A stretch of 64,000 nucleotides of DNA from the human T2T-CHM13v2.0 reference genome, Homo sapiens: the NCBI RefSeq assembly GCF_009914755.1, contig NC_060927.1. One strand, written 5' to 3'. Below, one piece after another: positions 57,261 to 64,000 of this stretch. A model generated the notes under the pieces. The model worked only from the letters and a program-made list of their open reading frames with translations. It had not been told where the DNA came from and did not search any database. The translations under genes and the position numbers were made by a program. The number at the start of each line of letters is the position of its first letter. The first letter of the stretch is position 1.

Positions 57261-58278
57261 ACAAATCTTATTTGTTTGACTCTAGGGACTAGCAAGGAAA
57301 CTTTCCCTTAATGCTAGCAGCATGCTGCTTTCTAATAATACACTGGCTCTCAGCACAATCATCCAAGGTGCTAAAACAAACAGGATAGAGATGTCTTCAC
57401 TGAACTGTAAGAAATCACCTGTGAATTCAATAAAATCCATGTTAGCTTTCTGAAATACTATGTCCAAAAATGTCCCTGTAACTATGATACCAACTCAAAT
57501 TCCTCACACAATTATATTTTAAATGCTGTCCTAGGTCTGAAAACTCACCACCTGGAAACCAGATTTAAATATATAACGGGGGCTGATATTCTTTATAGGA
57601 GGTCAAACATAGGCACAGCATTGTATTATCGAAACTAGCTCAAGATAGAAATATGAAAAAACATTTCACAACATTTGGAAAAGCCAAGTAATTAATATCT
57701 AAAGATGGTAAGTGATAGCCCTAACCACATGCATGTATACTTCGAAGATGCAAGAAGGTACATTTTTCTTTGGGGACTATTTTACTACACAATAATACAG
57801 TATAGGATTACTAGGGCAGGCATTTAAATAGGCACAAATGTGTGCATCTGAGGTTATTGATTAGTATGCAACTGCTTCACCTGACATTAAATTGAGTGAT
57901 TGAATGGTACTTTTTACTGTGACATAACTTAGTGTTTTGACTTAAGTACAAAGACAAGTTTTTGTTCAGAAGTTAAGTTTTCCACTTAAGACAATTATTG
58001 TGCCAGGAGTTTTTTGCTTGCAAATTTTATTTCAGTAAGTTTGCCTGTATAACACTACTTAATGGCTACTCTGCACTTTTGAATTCAATTGAAACTTGTT
58101 AGCCCTCTTCATTTTCTTTGGCTTAGGAAAACCCCGTATCACAGAGTGTTAATGAGGCCAGCTTGGGGTTCCTGAGGCTTGGGTCTCAGGTCTAGGCCAA
58201 CTATGTATGAATCCTTGGGTCAGTCACTGAACTTCTCCAGCTGTCAGGTTCCCTATCTGTAAAGCGATGGAATTTATC

Positions 58279-58447
58279 AAGCACTGTCCAATAGAACTTT
58301 CTGTGATAATGTCAATGCTCTACATCTGCACTTTCCAATATGGGAGCCATTAGCCCTGTGTGGCTACCAACCATTTAATTTTATTTAATTTTATTAATTT
58401 ACATTTAACCACCTTTGGCTAGTGGCTGCAGTAATGGACAGCACAGA
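58279..58447 (+). mobile_element. MER3 inserted in a MIR (~58170-58480)
   Basis: CACTGTCCAATAGAACTTTCTGTGAT...GGCTAGTGGCT...TGGACAGCAC. Confidence 0.8.
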
Positions 58448-60158
58448 TAGGTGATCTAGGTCCTTCTGATCTAAAGATTATTTGCTCCTCCTACCCCAAA
58501 TTTCCACTTAGTTTTCTCTTTCCTACATTTGCCTCTGTAACAACTCTCCAGTCTTTTTATTTTACTTAGAATTAAAGGTCAGATATGCCTTTATTGCCAT
58601 TCCAGCCTAGAGTCAAGAGCTTAGAATTAACTATAAGCATTAACCCACTTCTTGAAATGGAGAAAAGGACCAGCTCTCAGAGGCTCTTTGATCTTCCATT
58701 AGAGCTCAGTTGGAGAGTCAAGAGTTATTTGGATGGAATAAGATCTGACATTTATTGAGTCAAAAGGCAGCGTTGATGTGGCTTCCTATTTTAGGATAAT
58801 GTCGGCTTCGGTTAGAAGCTTGACTTCCCAAAGCTCCTGCTAATAAATATGGCCACATTGTTAGGACGGGCAATTCTTTTGCAAACACCGTCTACTGCAA
58901 TTACGTGGTGTGACCCCTACTATGTGCCAAGGCACAGGACTGAGTTCAGAGGCTGAGAATATGAGTAAGTTTCCCTCCAGTAATAAAAGCCTAGGTCTAA
59001 CAGAAGAGCCTGACCAGAAGATAAATATTTATAACACACTGTGACACATCCTATGACCAGTACAGGAACAAAAGTGCTGTAAGAGTACAGAGAACAGAGC
59101 AAGCCCTGTCCTCCTTTCTGGTGAGCCGGGAGAGCATAAAGGAGGTATCCTGTGGAGGGTGATCAGGAGTTAACTCCAGCACCAAGGAGGGGGAGGATGT
59201 TCCTGGCAGAGGAGCATGGCTCCTTAAGGGATGTCAGTTAAATAGGGCTATCCACACACTTTAGGTTTGAGTTTCAGGGAACTCAGCAAGAACTGAGTAC
59301 TGATTTTGTGACTTCCTGCCGAAGAGCCCTTTAGCAAGGTGATTTCTCAAATAGGTAAAATGATTCAAACTTTGGGTTCTGAATCTTTGTTGATTTCAAG
59401 GAGCAACTTTCACTTCCTTCATAAACAATGAGTGGCCCTAGTACTTCTAACCCCATTTAACTCTACCCGTATAGTATGAGAAATCACAAGGCATATCTGA
59501 GGGAAGACATCTTTTGAAGGCACTGAATGCCAGGTAGTATCCATGGGTTAGAAAGGAGACAATGAATTAATAAGAAGTGTAAGTGATGAGTGAGTAATAG
59601 GAAGCATAAATTTTTCCATCAAAACAACCATTTCTTATCACCACACAGACTGAATCTTGGAATACATACCTTACTTCCAACAGTCTACTGCTAACCTCTT
59701 TGAATAACAGGCTTTCAGTCTTCAAGACGTTTGTTTTTCTGCATTTCCTCTTCCTACAGTGAAGTCACTGGGGGCAGATGAAATATAAAATGCTGGAGTT
59801 TGCCTCTCTGGCGAGCTGCAGAAAGGAATTTCTGCATTATTGTGATCATCTATTTCATTGTAGCACTTAGTTGCTTTTACAAAGCAGTTCTCCTGTCCTT
59901 GCCCCTGCCATTTAGAAATTTACAGGCTAAAAAGATGGTGATGACCCAGACGAGTTATGAAGGCCCTATAAACAAATGCATACTCATTACAGAAACATAT
60001 AGTAAGCACTTGCCTTACGTGGCATCCACAGGCCAGGGAAATGGTGGGATGCTGGCGGCTTCGTCTTGAGGCAGTTAAATGATGTGAGGTTCCCTCACTG
60101 TTCTCGCCTGCTGTTAAGTAGCTACAACAGACTTCCAAACTCCTTCCCTCTGTTTTAG

Positions 60159-60505
60159 AGAGCTGTTCCACACTTGATGCTGCACATTATAATCACCTGG
60201 GAGCTTTAAAAAACCTGGATGCTCGGGTCACACATCCCAGACCAATTAAATCAGAAGCTGTGGGTTTGGACCCAGCCCATAATGCATTTTAAATGCCTCA
60301 GGTGATTCCAACTTGTAGCACGTGTAAGGGCCCGTGCTTTAGACTTCAGAGCAGTGGCTCCTAACTTTTGAATTTAAAAAATACATATTTCTAGGCCCCA
60401 CCCCAGATCTACTCAATCACCATCTCTGGGGGGCAGATTTTCATGTTACTTTCTAATAAACTCTTAGGTCAGTTTGATTCCAGCCCTTAGTTGAAAACCT
60501 TGTTC
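60159..60505. mobile_element. Two tandem MER5-family MITEs
   Basis: AATCACCTGGGAGCTTTAAAAAA...CCCAGACCAATTAAATCAGAA...CAGGTGATTC; GGCCCCACCCCAGATCTAC. Confidence 0.7.
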
Positions 60506-61409
60506 TAAAGCATCGAATTTCTATTTCTTCTTTAATGTTGTGCATATGAAATGTGAGAAAATGAAAATAGGTCCGTTAAAGACTACATAGAGGATATTTA
60601 TTTATTTATTTTGGTTTCAACTTTTTATTAAAGTGTCACATACTTAAAAATAGACACATGCAGAGATTGAAAGTGAGTGCCTTGAGAAAGGATCACAAAT
60701 TGTGTCACTGGCACCCAGATCAAAAATCTGAAGCTTACCAGTCCCCTACAATCCCTCCCTTCTAGGTACTATCCACGCCCCATGGGAACCACAAACCTGA
60801 TTCTAACATTTCTCCCACCTGAAGTTTTATTTGTTCCAATTCGGTACAATTGCAGTAAAGTTGACTTAATTTCATGCAAATAATTATTCAGATATAATTA
60901 AGAGGCCAATAGTATTTTGAGGACAAATGGCCTAAGACATCTTGTATTGCATTTGTTTATGATTATTTTAAACAAGGAAGAAGAAAACGAGGCCAGGAAG
61001 AAATACCGTCTCTGATTTTCATAGATTGTTAGTTACTGGGTACAATTTTCAAATACTTTTTACCCTAAGCCTTGTAACAACTCTGTACAGATAAGAATTA
61101 TCGTCATCTCTACTTAACAGATGGAAAAATAGAGCCTTAGGGAGGAAGTGAATTGCCAAGATTTGGCCTCATGTTCCTCTTACATGGAAGGCCTTTCCCT
61201 CCATTGCTGCATGCACACCGTCTCTCACCTTTGTAACCTCCTGTAAGAAATCAGCATGAAAAAGGGTCTCTAGACATGATTATGGATTGTGACTCATTTG
61301 ATTGTTTTTTAAAAATTCATTCCAAAATACTTTATGAACTATAGTTCTCAAATCACATAGATAAGTTTTTTAAGTTAATATTTTTTTTTCTGCTTAGAAA
61401 AGTAATTCA

Positions 61410-61777
<368 letters not shown>

Positions 61778-62789
61778 TTATAACTAAGAGTTCTTTAAAA
61801 ATAAGAAAGACCTTAAAGAGCCTGGGCTGTGTAGTTCTCCAGCCTTGCCTGGGGGAAGGAGAATGAGTAACTTGATCTTTGGATGCTTTTCAAGAAATTT
61901 AATGTGAATAACTTATTTGTAAGTGTCCTGTAGTTGGTACAGACCCGATGCTGTATCCTATACAATATGCAAAAAATTTGAAAAGATCAAGAACTCTATC
62001 TGATCTCTGTTTTTCACAGATTACCAAGTGTAACTGCATTTCCCCCACAATTTTTTAAAACAGTTTCTGTGGTCATAAAAACTTTCTTTTTTTTTTCCTA
62101 TTTGTTAACAGAATTGGCTGAAATTGTGGTATTTAGAAATTTATCATCAGTACATCTGAATTCTTAACAGAAATTCCAGGAAGCCTTGAGGCTTCTGGGG
62201 AAGTATGCTTTTTTTTTTTTTTTTTTTTTTTTAGCAAACATACCAGAGTTTATACCTTTAAATGCATGTGGTTTTCTCTGGAGGAGGAAGCAGTGTACTT
62301 TTTCAGTGTGTTCCTATTGCTGAAAATACTCCAGGGGAATTACAGGAAAGAGGAGCAGGACAGCTTTGAGTTGCACATCCCAACACTGACTCTCAATTCC
62401 TAGACTAAATGGCATAAAATTTTTCTCACTTACTCAGCAATGACTCTTCAAAAGCCACCGATTACATCTCTAGATCTGTCCAGCCAACACAAAACAATAT
62501 TTTCCCTATGCCTGAGGGAGGGCAGAACACTTTGCTACTCCTGGAATTTAGCATATACTCACAGGCAGTGCCACCTCCTCACCTGAGGCTGAGCAACCAG
62601 AGACCCAGGGTGGCTGGTTACACGTGACTTTGCTCAGTTACACCAGGAATTAAGGACAAAGTTGATACACTATTCCAGGTGTTGCGACTCAAAAGAAAGG
62701 AATTTTTTTCACTTAAACCCTCAAACATGGATTCTTGCATGATCTACCAACCACTCTGGCCATGATAAAACCTAATACTCATCCATCCA

Positions 62790-64000
62790 TGTAGTTCTCG
62801 AATCTCTATGCATACAGTATATAATATCCATGATACACGTGCACCACATTTATTTCCCAACTATTCCCCAATTTCTGGGCATTCGCTTGGTTTCCAGATT
62901 CTTCTTTCCCTCCCTACAACAATGATGCAATAAAATTCCTGTACACAGAATCTTGCATATCAATGCTTTTATTTTTATGGGCTAGCTTCCAAAAGCTGGG
63001 TCATATATGATATCTCCCTGTGTTTTTTATTAATAGAGTTTGCCAGATTGCTTTTCAAAAGTTCAAAGACCACAGGAATGTATTAGACTCCCCCCATCTC
63101 TTCATCTAACTGCAGTGGTGGATATTATCGCTCCTTTGAAATATTTGCTAATTATTTTTTAAATCTGTAATACATATATTTGGTAGATTTGTATTTGGAA
63201 TATATTACAAGCTTGTATATGTCAATGAAAAAAGTTAAAATTTTACTAATTTGATGGGAGGGGTATCTCATTGTAGTGACTGAATGGTGGACCCCCAAAA
63301 CATATGTCCATGTGGTAATCCCCCAAAACTATGAATATGACCTAATTTGGAAAGGGAGTCTTTGCAGATATAATTAAGGATCTCTACATGAAATTATCCT
63401 GGCTTATCTGGCTGGCCCTAAATTGAATGACAAGTGTCCTTATAAGAGACACACAGAGGGGAGACACAGGGAGAAGCGGTGAGGGCCAGGTAAAGATGTA
63501 GGCAGAGACTGGAATTACACATTCATAAATCAAGGAACACCAGGAGCCACCAGACTCTGGAAGAGATAGGGAGGGATTCACTCCTAGAGCCTTCAGAGGG
63601 AGTGTGGCCCTGTCAACACCTTGATTTCAAACTTCTTCTCCCCAGAACTGTGAGCATATATTCCTGTTGTTTTAAACCACCAAGCTCATGTAATTTGTTA
63701 CTGCAGCCCTAGGAAACTAAATATACTCATTGTTACCATAAACTTTTGTGTTTGTCTGAAAACTTCTGAGGTTGAGCGTATTTTCATGTGGTTTTAATGA
63801 TCATTTGAATGTGCTTTTCTGTGAGTTAACTACTTATATCTTTTCCCCATTTTCCCTACTGATTCTTATGAATGCTGTGGCAAAGCAGACATTAACACTT
63901 TGCCACATGTTGTAAGACACCTATCTAGCCTGTATTTTTTAGTTTGTTTATGATATGTTTGGTCATGCAATTAAAAAATTACATGGTACAGTATGCTTAT
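62790..64000 (-). mobile_element. Old L1M fragment, interrupted by MLT1C
   Basis: ACAAACAATGATGCAAT-like motif, TTGCCAGATTGCTTTTCAAAA, GGTATCTCATTGT, GAGGTTGAGC.TATTTTCATGT. Confidence 0.7.
63272..63725 (+). mobile_element. MLT1C-like MaLR solo LTR
   Basis: Exact 5-bp TSD CTCAT at 63267-71 and 63726-30; GTCTTTGCAGAT, CTAGAGCCTTCAGAGGGAG, GCAGCCCTAGGAAACTAA. Confidence 0.9.

Overview
This is primate (very probably human) AT-rich, repeat-dense intronic or intergenic DNA. I can support no host protein-coding exon, RNA gene or CpG island, and I cannot identify the locus. The only real protein-like ORFs belong to a dead, near-full-length L1PA2/L1PA3 (42538-48031). Its 5'UTR lacks about 524 nt exactly between the known L1 splice donor (~97) and acceptor (~622), so it is a spliced integrated retrotransposed element (SpIRE). 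The rest is about 10 Alus, solo LTRs (LTR33-, MER31- and MLT1-like), old L1M/HAL1/L2/MIR fragments, hAT and Tc1-mariner MITEs, and microsatellites. Other notable items are a MADE1 MITE carrying a 57-bp copy of nearby DNA, a nested inverted-repeat hairpin in an L2, a ~223-bp local duplication, a tail-less and partly duplicated AluJ beside a Z-DNA-prone tract, a strong CTCF motif, and several candidate plus-strand non-coding exons. Repeat subfamily names come from recalled consensus similarity, not a database search. Boundaries of old repeats are approximate. I see no evidence of a wholly new biological system.
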